Below are positions 13,001 through 24,177 of a DNA stretch of 64,000 nt, one piece after another (the stretch's first letter is position 1; each line of letters starts with the position of its first letter). The notes under the pieces are model-generated. The model made no database searches, had not been told where the DNA came from, and was given only the letters and a program-made list of their open reading frames with translations. The stretch covers positions 3,200,001 through 3,264,000 of the forward strand of contig CM000208.1 of the NCBI GenBank assembly GCA_000002445.1, in the 5' to 3' direction. This stretch comes from Trypanosoma brucei. Its lineage: Eukaryota. Position numbers and translations under genes: made by a program.

Positions 13001-13073
13001 TACTTCACTTTCATCGAAACGCCCATGTTTATGTTTCTTTGTACGTATGAATGTATGAGAAAAAGGTGAGTTA

Positions 13074-14876
13074 TCACTGCTCGTCTTCACTGTCCTTCAG
13101 TGCATCCTCAATCTGTTGTATTTTGGTATTATGTGCCCATTTATCATTAACCAGAAATGTGCGGGTCAGTGCGGTATGAACAGCATACCTCACATTGCTC
13201 ACCTTATCCTTCGCTAAACTCAGTAACCCATCGAGAAAGTACTTGTCCACCAGGCTCTCCGCGTCCAGTTTCGCTACCTCCTCCGCAATATATGGAAACA
13301 TCAGCCGATCACGAAAACTGTAGCGACCGGCGATCTGCAGTAACGCGTCCGCGTAGTCCCCGCAACTGTTCTCCCGCCCAGCATCAGCCAAATGCTTGAG
13401 AAGGACGGCCGCTGAGCGATACGTTGACCGCCGTACCTCCATCACGCTATCATCAAGAAGACGCAGTACTAGAGCGATAACCGAACCAAGCGCACTGCTG
13501 CTGGTGGGATCGAGCAGTACACCAACATCGCCAATCCTCTGCCCGACCACGTTCCGAAGCCGCCAGTTCTCACTGTCGAGGGGTACGTGACAAAGAAGTG
13601 GAACGAGTCGCTCACGCGTTGCCACGCCCATGACGGCAAGGAAGACGTCAGCATTTAGTACGACCCCCAACCGCACCTCGTCAAGATCTCTAATAAGCAT
13701 CTCAAAAGCAGTGACAAGGTGCGACTCGGTGAGATCTCGACCTAAAATCTTAGCAAATTCATGCAGTGAATGGGCCAGGGACTTGCGGACTTTCCATTTA
13801 ACATCCTTGAGCAGGGTTGCGTACGCATCTCCAGCCTCGTCCCAACGACCTGGTCCTGCGATCTCTACAACAGCAGGGAACGAGTAGGCACATGGTTCAC
13901 TGTAATCTGTGTCGCCATTCTCCGACTCAAAAGCCATATCCGTGTATGTCTTGAGCAGGGCTGGAGTTAGATCTGAAGGTCGAAGTGTGTGCAAAAATCT
14001 CCCCAGGTACTCGTAAGCTCCATTCCGCACCCAACGCGAGTTGTCATCCAGCAAAAGTCGAAAAGCGGGCACGAGTTTATCAGCTCTGGCGGTGGGACTC
14101 ACACCGAGAGAGATCTCTTCGATGTTCTCCGCGCAAGCTTTACGAACCCCCCAGATTTCGTCCAGGCACAGATTAAGGTATATCGGTAGCACAGTCTTGT
14201 CCGCTATTTCCTCCTGCACTACCTCGCATACTTTTCCCAAGTTCGCGCCGACAGTTTTTCGCACGGTAAAGTTACTATCGTTGGCCAACAGTTCCAACTC
14301 CGGAAGCACGTCGTTCACACAGCACTCTTTACCGAAAAGCCCCGCCATTTCGTTGAATAGAAGTGCTGCTACAACGCGATAATCCTCCGCCCTCTCGTCG
14401 CGCGCTAACATTATGGCAACATGAAGCAGGTGCTCCTGAATATGTTCGGGCTTAACGAGTTCACCAAGTGCTTTTAACGCTACCAAAGCTGCTGCCCCCA
14501 CCTCCACATTCTTGTCTACTAACATCTCAAATCCAATCGGAAGGAACTTTCCTAATAGACAGTTGTAACCAGCGTCACCACCCTCCTGAACAAAATATGC
14601 AGCCACTTCCGGGAGTTGCTGAACCAACATGCGCCGCACAAGGGGTTCACAGTCATTTGTGAATCTGCTCAGAAGTGGAATGATGTGGCTGGTACTCTGC
14701 TCAAAACCAGCATACCTTACAGTATCCGCGAGCTCACGCAGCAAAAATTGACGCTGCAATGAAAAGCCAGAAGAGTGATAGCTCAAGAGCCGGTTGAGTG
14801 GGTCTAGGGTGTCGTCAATTGCATACTCGTTGTAGATAAATTCCTCCTCACCGTCTCGTTGATTCTCGTCGAGCAT
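13074..14876 (-). CDS. HEAT-repeat protein, protein phosphatase 2A scaffold subunit A (PR65)-like
   Basis: About 600 aa of tandem ~39-aa helical repeats. The motifs W-R-[VL]-R-x-x-[VA] and V-R-x-x-[AV]-x-x-x-L recur (WRLRNVVGQRIGDV, VRKTVGANLGKV, VRNGAYEYLGRFL, VRYAVHTALTRTF), as in PR65 HEAT repeats. The track ORF begins with GTG at 14939; the first ATG is at 14876 (MLDENQRDGEEEF). Confidence 0.6.
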   Translation of the reverse strand: MLDENQRDGEEEFIYNEYAIDDTLDPLNRLLSYHSSGFSLQRQFLLRELADTVRYAGFEQSTSHIIPLLSRFTNDCEPLVRRMLVQQLPEVAAYFVQEGGDAGYNCLLGKFLPIGFEMLVDKNVEVGAAALVALKALGELVKPEHIQEHLLHVAIMLARDERAEDYRVVAALLFNEMAGLFGKECCVNDVLPELELLANDSNFTVRKTVGANLGKVCEVVQEEIADKTVLPIYLNLCLDEIWGVRKACAENIEEISLGVSPTARADKLVPAFRLLLDDNSRWVRNGAYEYLGRFLHTLRPSDLTPALLKTYTDMAFESENGDTDYSEPCAYSFPAVVEIAGPGRWDEAGDAYATLLKDVKWKVRKSLAHSLHEFAKILGRDLTESHLVTAFEMLIRDLDEVRLGVVLNADVFLAVMGVATRERLVPLLCHVPLDSENWRLRNVVGQRIGDVGVLLDPTSSSALGSVIALVLRLLDDSVMEVRRSTYRSAAVLLKHLADAGRENSCGDYADALLQIAGRYSFRDRLMFPYIAEEVAKLDAESLVDKYFLDGLLSLAKDKVSNVRYAVHTALTRTFLVNDKWAHNTKIQQIEDALKDSEDEQ

Positions 14877-16714
14877 AGCGGCACAGCTTTCCCCTCCTAA
14901 CCCCTTGCTGTAGTCTCGGTTTGCCCCACACGGCTTCACTCCTTCCCTTTCCCGTTCCTAAGACTGAACACCCTTGACTACAGAACAAAAAGCAATGAAC
15001 TGTCTGTCCGACGCCCCTCTCCTCGCTTCCTTCACAACAACGCCTAAATCCAACAAGGGCACTACAAGAAATGTAAACTTTTTATTCACCTCCCACGGTA
15101 CACTGTTTGGCCCCTGTTCTTTCTTTTCGGGGCTCCCCGATGCGACGTCAGTAGAGCCCGTTGCACCACGCGGTACGCCCAATTTTGGGGGTCTCCTTTC
15201 CTCCCGTTCCCCTCCCTGCACACGCACGCAAGAACACGTTCAATAAGAAACCAATAACGCCCGAACGCAACAATGTAAAGCAGGACCTTTCAATAAGGAA
15301 GGTTAGCTTCGTTTCGGTCTCCTGCTGCGTACTTGCTGCACGGACCTACAGTGTGATTCTCTGTGGCTTCCTACGATACTCGTTCCTTCAGTATCAATAA
15401 AAACGTTTCTTCTGTCTCTTCTTTATTTCTCCTGCGTCACCACAAAGCCGTAACCCTGTTAGTCTCCTCGACCTTCCCTCCTCACCGCTCTTCGTTGCGG
15501 GGGCTGCCTCGTCTCCTTCACAGCCTCCCAGTGGAGTCCCCCTTTAATTTAATTTGCTTTCTTTCCTTGTATATATTGAGGTGAGTTGTGGTTTTTGGTC
15601 CTATCGTTCTCTCCACCCAAACTCGGTACACAACCACAATATAAATAGGTAGTTGTACGTGATTTTGTGCCTGTGCGAGAGCCCGTAGGTTTTGTGAGCC
15701 TATTGTTCTTATTATTATCGCTTATTGTTATACACGCACTCGAATATACGCTTTTACACCCTTTGCGCTTTAGTAACACACTAAATAGGTAGAAAGTCAT
15801 GTGCAACCAACCGGGTGCATCAGACAAACAACAAAGGGGGAGAACGTGAGGAAGTATAGGCAAAGAGCAGAGAAGACGACGGACGGTTACACGCGACACA
15901 AAAGGGTGTGGGGTATGACAGTTGTCTACACTGTCCTTTTCCATTTTTTCCTTTGCCCTCACTCTTCCACACAGATGTAGCTGGAGTGGATACCACCGAC
16001 ACTGCAGGATTAGATAGTGACAATCGCTACAACGTATCCCAGGTAGGGAAGATGGAGACCTCAACGCCAGACAGAGACCGCCCACCGAAAGGGGGGAAGG
16101 AACAAAAATGTGGTAGTTGCAGAGAGGTGAACACCGCCGTTCATCACAACTACGTCAGTGCTGCCCATGTACATGTCACAACACACAAGCAGTGTGCTTT
16201 ACTTCACTCTAGACGAAAGCCACTGCCCACCGTGTATGCGAAGCAGCCAGACGGACGAAAACAACAAACGACACCAACACACACGATGCAAGATGACAAA
16301 AAAAAAAGGAAAGACACTTTTTCTCGCGCCGTTTGACTGTCGCCGTTGTTGAACAAAGTCCATCACATACTCTTAACCGTAGACACATCATCATGTGCAA
16401 CAAGCACACACGGATAGGCGCTCTACTGCTCTCTCACACTTCTAAAAGTGTAATCAACGGCTATTCCTTCCCCTCCATAAATGACAGAAAATCTCCAAAA
16501 CGCCAGAAATATATGTAAAAAATAAATAAAAGGTCCTCCCACCACTTTTAATCCAAGAATTGCGTAGGGAGGCCCTGAACCGTCACGTACCGCCGTTTCG
16601 TTCACTATTAGCATTACTAATGGTAAAGTTTCTGATAAACTGGCACCAATGACAGAGAAAAATCCCTTCATTTTCGAGAAGCTTTCTCCTGGCAGTTAAA
16701 GCAGACACGCACCT

Positions 16715-19363
16715 CTACATGTTGTTAAGAATTTTCCACATTGGATAAAGTAAAAGAGTCATTAGTCCCTCTTTTCGTGCCTTCATCGTGCACAAGAGCA
16801 AAACTAACACAAGCCACTCCTCGTGCAGGCGCAGTGCCTCCTCCACCACGTCGTCCTCTGGCCTCCCGCAGTGTTCCGTGGAATCACCCGGCAAACTCAA
16901 GGTGAAGGGCGCGCGGTGGCGATTTAGAGACTCTATCAGCTCTTGCTTTTGATCCTCAGCACGTCGCTCCGCGGTCATCCGCCTCCTGGTATCACCCGAC
17001 AAAACTTGAGAAGATGAAAAGTCGCCTGTTGAAGTACTTCCCTCCACAGCTGGTTGCATCCACAGGCGCAACTGAGCACCAGATAGTGTTTCAGGGTGCA
17101 TTGTACAAGTCTGTGCAATCAACTTCGCCGGCCGGCGAAGTACCTTGTTAATATCATTATAAGGATAATTGTCAGACATGAAGCCGATGATATTCTGCAC
17201 GTACAGCAGTAACGACTGGAATGCATAAGCCGGGGAATACTCAGGACTTGTGAGCCCTACGCAATCTGAGTGGTTTAGACGGCGAACGACGCCCGCTAAG
17301 GCGTCAAATTCATCATTTATAAGCGACGCGGCGCCGGGGTAGTACTGTTCCATTAGTGTACTGCCGTGCTCTTGCCAGTTGAAATTACCGCTTCTCAACG
17401 TGCAACCGCCAACGTTAGAGCCCTTGATTCGCTTCTCACTAACTATATCGTCAACTCCTGTGTATCGTGTAAAACTGATGTCAGCGTTGTGGTGGTGCTC
17501 ATCCCCAACGACCACACAAGGGGAAAGCAAGGCAGCCAGCGCCGGTGGTAGCGCGGTAAATGAACATAAATCATTTGGCACGAAGAGTCCCATAACCAAA
17601 CTGCATAACGACAGCGTTTCGGCCACAATGGTTGACACTTGCATGAGGCCATGAATGCTCCATCCTGCGCTCATGGCTGTACGAATGTCAACATCAGATA
17701 TTTGCCATGGGACGTGGGTTGCGATTGCTATAAAGCGTTGAAGGGCCTGCAACTTTGGTGGTGGTCCGTCCCGGAGCCAAGACCTTGCTGTTCCACAGAC
17801 TCCACCCTCCTTTCCACCCACTCTCATAAGCAAGGCACCGAATCGGCACACAAGATACTCACATTTCTGACGGCAGGCCGTCATGAATGCCACCATCAAA
17901 CGTTCAGAATTCAACAGCGGGCCATTCCCGAAGAAAACATAGATAAACGTGCTGTGGTGAGCCTTAAGAAATTCAGGACATGCCGAGAGGACGTAGTAAT
18001 ATTGTGGCAATTCGCCCATATCTGTGAATATACGATACAGTAGGTCGCGACGTCCGCTGCACAGTGACCGCAGGGAGGCGATACTGCAATGAGAAAGTGC
18101 CTCCCATAACGCTTGTTGTGTCGCGTCCTTTTCCTTTGAAGCCTCTTTGTTCGCTAGCTCCCCATCGATTGCACCGCAGCTACTTGTCCTACCTTTCGAT
18201 AAGGTCCCGAGGCGCCGGCGGGCCAGGGACGGTGTTGAGGAGGAGGATGGTAGGGAGCAACGAGGCATCGTACCCGCGGTAGAGACTGACTTCTGCAATG
18301 CGTCCAACTCCCTAGAAAGCCTCCCGGAGAGCAGCTGCCCCAGAGTCGGTAGAGCCGCAGTTGGAGAAGGAGCTACGTACCATTTGACATCGGTAGCTTC
18401 GTGGAGACGTGGAGAAAGTACCTCATCCCAATTTAACCTTACCAGTTTACCCTCCACAACGTAGAGAAAGTTGGCGTTCGATTCCATCCCCCAGAGCTCA
18501 CTCACCTGTGTTTCCCTAATTGTTCTTGCGTCGACCTGTGACAGACATTTCAATATTCTACCGCGTAAACCTGAGGGGCATATGGCCTTCCCCAAAACAT
18601 CTGCGATAATTAGTTGCAGACAATTGGCTAACGACTGACATGGACAAGAGAATGCAATCCCAATGAGACAACAGAACGCCATCTCCGCCTCGTGGAGACT
18701 TCCAGCATAGGACCTTTCACCACGTACAGCGTCTCCGGTGTGGTAATCACCACTCATAAGACTTGTGCCGTCTTCACTACTATAAGCCAGAGGAAAGGAG
18801 CGAGATACACTCTCCACGGTAGGTTTACGAATTTTACACTGCTGCGCAAGCCGTCCGTCATCGTCACACGCAGACACGTCGATGCCGATAGAAGAAGAAT
18901 GGTGGCCAACCCCGCTATGGCTACCCCTCGACACTGCTTGGCAACTCTTTAACCCGTTCTCCGCGTCCCGCAGCAACATACATGCTCTTTGCAGGTAGCG
19001 AGAAGTGCACTTAATCAACCCAGCCGGCACGCAGCCAACGTCACACTCAGCTACTAATGCACTCAATTGTTTTGCCATATCGTCAGCGAAGCCAAGAGTT
19101 GCAGGCTGAGCTCCAGATGGGCCCAGCGCATCGCACTGCACCGCGTCTTCAGAAGGTACACGAAAGAGCACCCTCAACGAATGGTTTTGGTGGGCACTTT
19201 GTTCTGATTGTGCCGCATGCTGATGGGCTTTACGCTCCAGCGCGTAGGTGTCACCAATATGTCCCAAAACAGAAGTTATGAGCTCTGCAAAAGACGGACA
19301 TGCCAAGTGGTTGTCTGCTTCCGAGCTATCCTGTCCCTCTGGAAGCATCGTGTTGGGCTGCAT
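16715..19363 (-). CDS. Hypothetical protein (882 aa)
   Basis: 2.6-kb ORF on the cluster strand. The track start at 19399 is TTG; the first ATG is at 19363 (MQPNTMLPEGQ). No domain recognised by eye. Confidence 0.6.
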   Translation of the reverse strand: MQPNTMLPEGQDSSEADNHLACPSFAELITSVLGHIGDTYALERKAHQHAAQSEQSAHQNHSLRVLFRVPSEDAVQCDALGPSGAQPATLGFADDMAKQLSALVAECDVGCVPAGLIKCTSRYLQRACMLLRDAENGLKSCQAVSRGSHSGVGHHSSSIGIDVSACDDDGRLAQQCKIRKPTVESVSRSFPLAYSSEDGTSLMSGDYHTGDAVRGERSYAGSLHEAEMAFCCLIGIAFSCPCQSLANCLQLIIADVLGKAICPSGLRGRILKCLSQVDARTIRETQVSELWGMESNANFLYVVEGKLVRLNWDEVLSPRLHEATDVKWYVAPSPTAALPTLGQLLSGRLSRELDALQKSVSTAGTMPRCSLPSSSSTPSLARRRLGTLSKGRTSSCGAIDGELANKEASKEKDATQQALWEALSHCSIASLRSLCSGRRDLLYRIFTDMGELPQYYYVLSACPEFLKAHHSTFIYVFFGNGPLLNSERLMVAFMTACRQKCEYLVCRFGALLMRVGGKEGGVCGTARSWLRDGPPPKLQALQRFIAIATHVPWQISDVDIRTAMSAGWSIHGLMQVSTIVAETLSLCSLVMGLFVPNDLCSFTALPPALAALLSPCVVVGDEHHHNADISFTRYTGVDDIVSEKRIKGSNVGGCTLRSGNFNWQEHGSTLMEQYYPGAASLINDEFDALAGVVRRLNHSDCVGLTSPEYSPAYAFQSLLLYVQNIIGFMSDNYPYNDINKVLRRPAKLIAQTCTMHPETLSGAQLRLWMQPAVEGSTSTGDFSSSQVLSGDTRRRMTAERRAEDQKQELIESLNRHRAPFTLSLPGDSTEHCGRPEDDVVEEALRLHEEWLVLVLLLCTMKARKEGLMTLLLYPMWKILNNM

Positions 19364-20316
19364 GTTGCTACGCAGTAGAGCAAGGTGTAAGCAGGTCAAC
19401 TATACAAAGTAACTATTTCTATTGATGCACAACAAGGGAGAAGGCAAAAACGCACGAAAAACAAAGTGAAGACGCAAAAGAGAAATCAAAGAGACAGAAG
19501 ACCAGCACCAAAGAAAACCATAACGAAAGTGAAATCAAAAAAGAAACAAAATGCACATCAACATAAATCAAAAATGTCCTACGGATGACTCCAAGTTTAA
19601 CTGGATATCATGGGTGCATCAACGATGCGGAAAGGTCGAGCTGCAGCGCCTTAAATTTGAGGGTAAATCCACAATGTAGTTACGACCACCGCCTCCCTCC
19701 ATATATTCTCCCCATTTTTTATTCTGTTCCTGCCTGCAAATACAGAGATGAGCAATTTTTTCCCCTTTTAACATTTAAAAAAAAAATCTATATCATCTGC
19801 ACATTTACCCACGTCACAAAATGACACAGTTTCTTTCATTTATTTTTCCTCTTTTTTTCTTTCTTACATCACTTCCTCCAGCACCATCGCAGCACTCAAT
19901 CGAAACCACTGACGGTACGCCAGTCCTCGCAACGAGACGGCGGAAACTGGGGTACCCCCTCAACACTTTTGAGTGCTAAGAGATGAAGGAGAATGGAGAG
20001 GGGATTATACACAGTAAAGCAAAAAAAAACAAGAAGGAAATAATAGACGGATACGGAGTGAAGAAAAGGCAAATTTTGATCGCTTTTGCACTTCCCCATT
20101 TTCTTAGATCCTTCCATTGTGTGTAACACACGTTACCAACAGGGCTTTCACCACGAGTTGAAAACAAAACGGTAAGAAAAGACATGAGGAAACGGGGAAA
20201 ACGCACATTAACTCTGCATCAGGCATGGTTGGCACACGCACTCGTTCAAATAGTTACGAGCGGGTTTCAAGGGGCACCTTACACGCACATACAAACACAA
20301 AGTGTGGAAATAACAT

Positions 20317-21144
20317 TTACGCAGCCTCCTTTAGACACTTAGGGTCCCAACCAACGGCAAACCAGGGATGGGAAATGATACCCTCAAGGGTGATACGGTT
20401 TTGGGGGTCCACAGTCAACATGCGCTTGACTAAATCCCTTACAGCCTCAGACACCTGCCGCAGCATAGCGTACTCACCGCGCTTGACTTTCTCAAGAAGG
20501 GATTTCTGGTTACGATCCTCAAAGGGGAGTTTTCCAGCGAGCATGACGTAAAGAATGACACCACAACTCCAAATATCAGCGGCGAATGCGTTGTGGTCGC
20601 TTCCACTAAGTGCCTCGGGAGCAATATAGTTCGGGGTCCCCATAGCCCTGCTGGAAGGGAGGTCACTGTCGCCACTGCCATTGCTGCAAAAGCCAAAATC
20701 ACTAATTTTCAGCACTCCGACAGCATCAAGCAGAAGATTTTCGGGCTTCAAGTCACGGTGAGCGAACCCCTTGCCGTGGCAGTGGTGAACGCCGGCGATG
20801 AGCTGTTGGAAGTAGCGTCGTGCAGTCGGTTCGTCAAAGCGTTTCGCAGCAACGATTTTGTCAAACAGCTCACCGCCCGATACGAACTCTAACACCAGGC
20901 AGTAGTGAGTTGGCGTTTCCTTGAAATCGTGAAATGCAATTATATTTTCATGCTTAAATACGCGCATGGCCTCTACTTCCCGCATCAATTGGCCTTCCAT
21001 TTCTTCCTTTCGCAGTTTAGCCTTGTCTATGATCTTAACTGCCCACCTCCGTCGTTGCTCATCCGTTGCCAAGCGGACGGTGGAGAAGGTACCAGATCCA
21101 AGTTTTTGGGAAACCGTGTACGGTGGAAGAACAAAATTTTCCAT
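20317..21144 (-). CDS. Serine/threonine protein kinase, CAMK/AMPK-related (kinase domain only, 275 aa), paralog 1
   Basis: ATG start. The kinase subdomains are present: GSGTFSTV (Gly loop), AVKIIDK (VAIK), HRDLKPENLLLD (catalytic loop), DFG, GTPNYIAPE (APE), and DIWSCGVILYVMLAG. Confidence 0.85.
   Translation of the reverse strand: MENFVLPPYTVSQKLGSGTFSTVRLATDEQRRRWAVKIIDKAKLRKEEMEGQLMREVEAMRVFKHENIIAFHDFKETPTHYCLVLEFVSGGELFDKIVAAKRFDEPTARRYFQQLIAGVHHCHGKGFAHRDLKPENLLLDAVGVLKISDFGFCSNGSGDSDLPSSRAMGTPNYIAPEALSGSDHNAFAADIWSCGVILYVMLAGKLPFEDRNQKSLLEKVKRGEYAMLRQVSEAVRDLVKRMLTVDPQNRITLEGIISHPWFAVGWDPKCLKEAA
20693..20895 (-). repeat. 203-bp near-identical segment (copy A) shared by the two kinase paralogs; candidate gene-conversion tract
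   Basis: Compared base by base with 22854..23056: 201 of 203 nt are identical. The flanking coding sequence is only about 60-70% identical. Confidence 0.8.
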
Positions 21145-22486
21145 ATTACCTCTTTATAATGTCTATATCTTATTCTTGTTCGGCTTTGACCATGCGAAAC
21201 AAGTCGAATTGCAGCCTGCAAGTGCGAGCTAGGAGAAAGGAAAGAAAGGACGAAGAAGAAAGAGTACCCAAATGTTTTTCTAAATTACCACCACACTCCC
21301 TCACCGACCAAACTTCACTATCAGCCGTTGCACGTGGAAGACGCGAGCGAGACGCTATTGCTAATCACATTCCGAAGCGCAACATTAGGAAAAAGGAAAC
21401 GTAAAAAAAAAAAGGAGAAATAGGAAGAGACAAAAGAAAGTGAGAAAACGGAAAAAAAAGAAGCGGAAGGTGCTCGTGGCACGCACCGAACAAAGTTTTC
21501 CGCAGAGAGACCTTTTTGAGAGCAGGAAGTTAATGCTTCGTCCCTAAGTATAGGTTTCAATACGCACCGTATTCGATGACATCATTTACTCCTTCTTCCC
21601 TTCGTCTCCCCTTCTCTGAAAACGGAACTAGAAAGGTAAAGAGGAAAAACGATTAAGACCCCTTATTGAACGGTTGCCCCGTAGAATTGTCGCCACAGGC
21701 GGTGGGGGAGGGTAGAAACATACCGTACAATCAAACAAGAAAGGGCAAAACCACTTGCAAAAAAAAAAAGACATAACTAATCACTTAAGTTAACGATCGC
21801 TGAGATGTCCGAAGGGAAGTGAAACGAGCGGACGGATATAACAACACCAACTAGCCACCAGGAATCAGCAGTTCGGGACTCTCTTTACCCCCCCCCCTTC
21901 CTCTTTTAACGAGCAAACGCACACACATGTATAAATACATACATACACATGTATATATACATGTTGCGCCTTCACTGGAGGTTCCCAGTCCCGCAAAGAA
22001 CAAAAAAACAAGAAATATTGCGCACGCTACTCTTATTAACCACTCCTTTCTCTTCCCCAGAACACATATACTCGACTTCTTTCCTTCTCCGCTCGCCACT
22101 TAGCTCCACAGTTTTCGTTCTTCCTTCCTCAGAACATTTTTCATATTCTCCCAGTAGACACCTGCCACACCGTCCCCTGGGGTATCGCAATGGCAAAAGG
22201 GTGGCACAACGAAGATGATAGAAAGTGGAAACTTGGCTCTGGCAACAGAGAAACATATAACAAAGATAACAATGATAGAGAGTCGAGTCCCTGCACCTCT
22301 TCAAAACTCATAAACTAATCCCGCAAACTTTTTCGGTGAAATCAACCGGTTTCACCCCTTTCAGCCCACAAACAACCGTATGCACAAACACAACAAATAA
22401 CAAATATATATATATTTATTTATTTAAAAGCAGTAATACACACAACACAGAATAACTCCCAGAATAATCGGGAAGAAAGAGTACCA

Positions 22487-23308
22487 TCACGCCGACTCGT
22501 TCAGACACTTAGGGTCCCAATCAACGACAAACCAGGGATGGGAAATGATAGCCTCAAGGGTGATACGCTTCTTAGGATTTACGACAAGCATGCGCGCGAT
22601 TAAGTCCTTTGCTGCGTCTGACACGTGCCGGACCATGCTGTACTCGCCACGCTCGATCCGTGCAAGAAGATGTCTCATGCTCCGATCCTCAAAAGGAAGT
22701 CGTCCAGCGAGCATGACGTAAAGAATGACACCGCAACTCCAAATGTCAGCACAGAGACCGTTGTAGCCGCGCTCCATGAGGACCTCAGGTGCCACATAGT
22801 TGGGAGTGCCACACACTGTTTTTAGCAGGATGTCCTGCTGCCGGTTTCCGAGACCAAAATCACTAATTTTCAGCACTCCGACAGCATCAAGCAGAAGATT
22901 TTCGGGCTTCAAGTCACGGTGAGCGAACCCCTTGCCGTGGCAGTGGTGAACGCCAGCGATGAGCTGTTGGAAGTAGCGTCGTGCAGTCGGTTCGTCAAAG
23001 CGTTTCGCAGCAACGATTTTGTCAAACAGCTCCCCGCCCGATACGAACTCTAACACAAGATAGTAATGGTTCGCTGATTCGAGCACGTCGTGAAGATCAA
23101 TAACATTCCTATGTTTAATGGATCGCATTATAGCAACTTCACGAAGCATTTGATCCTCCATCTTTTCCTTCCGAAGTCGAGTTTTGTCTATGATCTTAAC
23201 GGCAAATTTCTTACCACCTTCATCTGTTGCCAACCTTACCGTTGAGAAGTTTCCGAACCCGAGTTTTTCCCCCAAACAATACGGTCCCAGCCGCACAGGA
23301 GGTGTCAT
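22487..23308 (-). CDS. Serine/threonine protein kinase, CAMK/AMPK-related (kinase domain only, ~273 aa), paralog 2
   Basis: Same motif set as paralog 1 (GFGNFSTV, AVKIIDK, HRDLKPENLLLD, DFG, GTPNYVAPE). The track ORF starts with GTG at 23347; the first ATG is at 23308 (MTPPVRLGPY). A 203-nt block is near-identical to paralog 1. Confidence 0.85.
   Translation of the reverse strand: MTPPVRLGPYCLGEKLGFGNFSTVRLATDEGGKKFAVKIIDKTRLRKEKMEDQMLREVAIMRSIKHRNVIDLHDVLESANHYYLVLEFVSGGELFDKIVAAKRFDEPTARRYFQQLIAGVHHCHGKGFAHRDLKPENLLLDAVGVLKISDFGLGNRQQDILLKTVCGTPNYVAPEVLMERGYNGLCADIWSCGVILYVMLAGRLPFEDRSMRHLLARIERGEYSMVRHVSDAAKDLIARMLVVNPKKRITLEAIISHPWFVVDWDPKCLNESA
22854..23056 (-). repeat. 203-bp near-identical segment (copy B) shared by the two kinase paralogs
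   Basis: See copy A at 20693..20895. The two mismatches are gccGgcg vs gccAgcg and ctcAccg vs ctcCccg. Confidence 0.8.
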
Positions 23309-24177
23309 GGCAGTGAAGCCCTCTGTTACACCGGTGTTCACCCTCACTTGATAACGAGCCCTCAGGCAAACAAGACCGTCTTCTCCTTCCCTATAGTGCT
23401 ACAAAGATAGATACAGAAATATATTTATTTGTATCAGCGCTTAAGCCTCCCTTAAACCTCAGCTACGAGTATAACCCCTTTTTCGGCCTGTCTGTTGCCT
23501 TCGCCGGTTTTGCTTTTGGCTGTACACGTACGTACTTCTGTTGCCTACAGTGTCTGGTGCGAGGTGGTGCACAGGGGTGTAGAGAATAAGGGGGGCGAGT
23601 TGTATGTAGTCGATAGATGAAACACAACTGATAAGCCTGTAGTGAGGGCAGATAGAAGAGCAGATACGAGAAAACGTCCCGCGGCTTGACCTTTAAAAAA
23701 AAACACAAAAAAGTATGCAAACACTTTGGTGCACAACGCCAGCGGCTCCTGTCGCTTGCAGAGCAGGAAATGGAACAAGAGCCAGAAATAGAAAAAAAAA
23801 ACGTTTGGATAGGAAAGCACAACAGAAATAAACAAAGGAAGCACTTATGAGTCGGGCGGGATCAGGAGGAGAAAAATGCAGGAGCAACTAAGCCGGCAAC
23901 GGTAGAGAAAAAAAAAGAGAAGGGTCGAACCAAAGAAAAAGATTCCTCCCTACAGCTGGGGCCTCAGCAGACCTCTAACCACCTTTTTTTCCTCTAGGTT
24001 GTGAAGCCGCACCGCGGTATCTTTTCTCTCATACTGTATCCCTCGTTTACCCTAACCCTTTAGTCTGAATCACCTAGTTTTAAAAAAGAAAAACACACAC
24101 ACACAAATTGAGGCTTCTCTCCGACATAACAACACGCCTACCTCCCATGGGTCAATTGAATTTACGCACCACATGCC

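Noticed and set aside
15549-16085. 178-aa minus-strand ORF in the spacer between the 882-aa gene and the HEAT-repeat gene
   Set aside because: Cys/Leu/Pro/Thr-rich low complexity (translated CT-rich flank) with no domain signal. It is probably UTR/processing-signal sequence.
16423-16671. 82-aa ATG-initiated ORF 44 nt downstream of the 882-aa gene stop
   Set aside because: It is too close to the upstream stop for an independent trans-spliced gene, and nothing suggests a read-through extension. It is kept only as a remote possibility of a small ORF.
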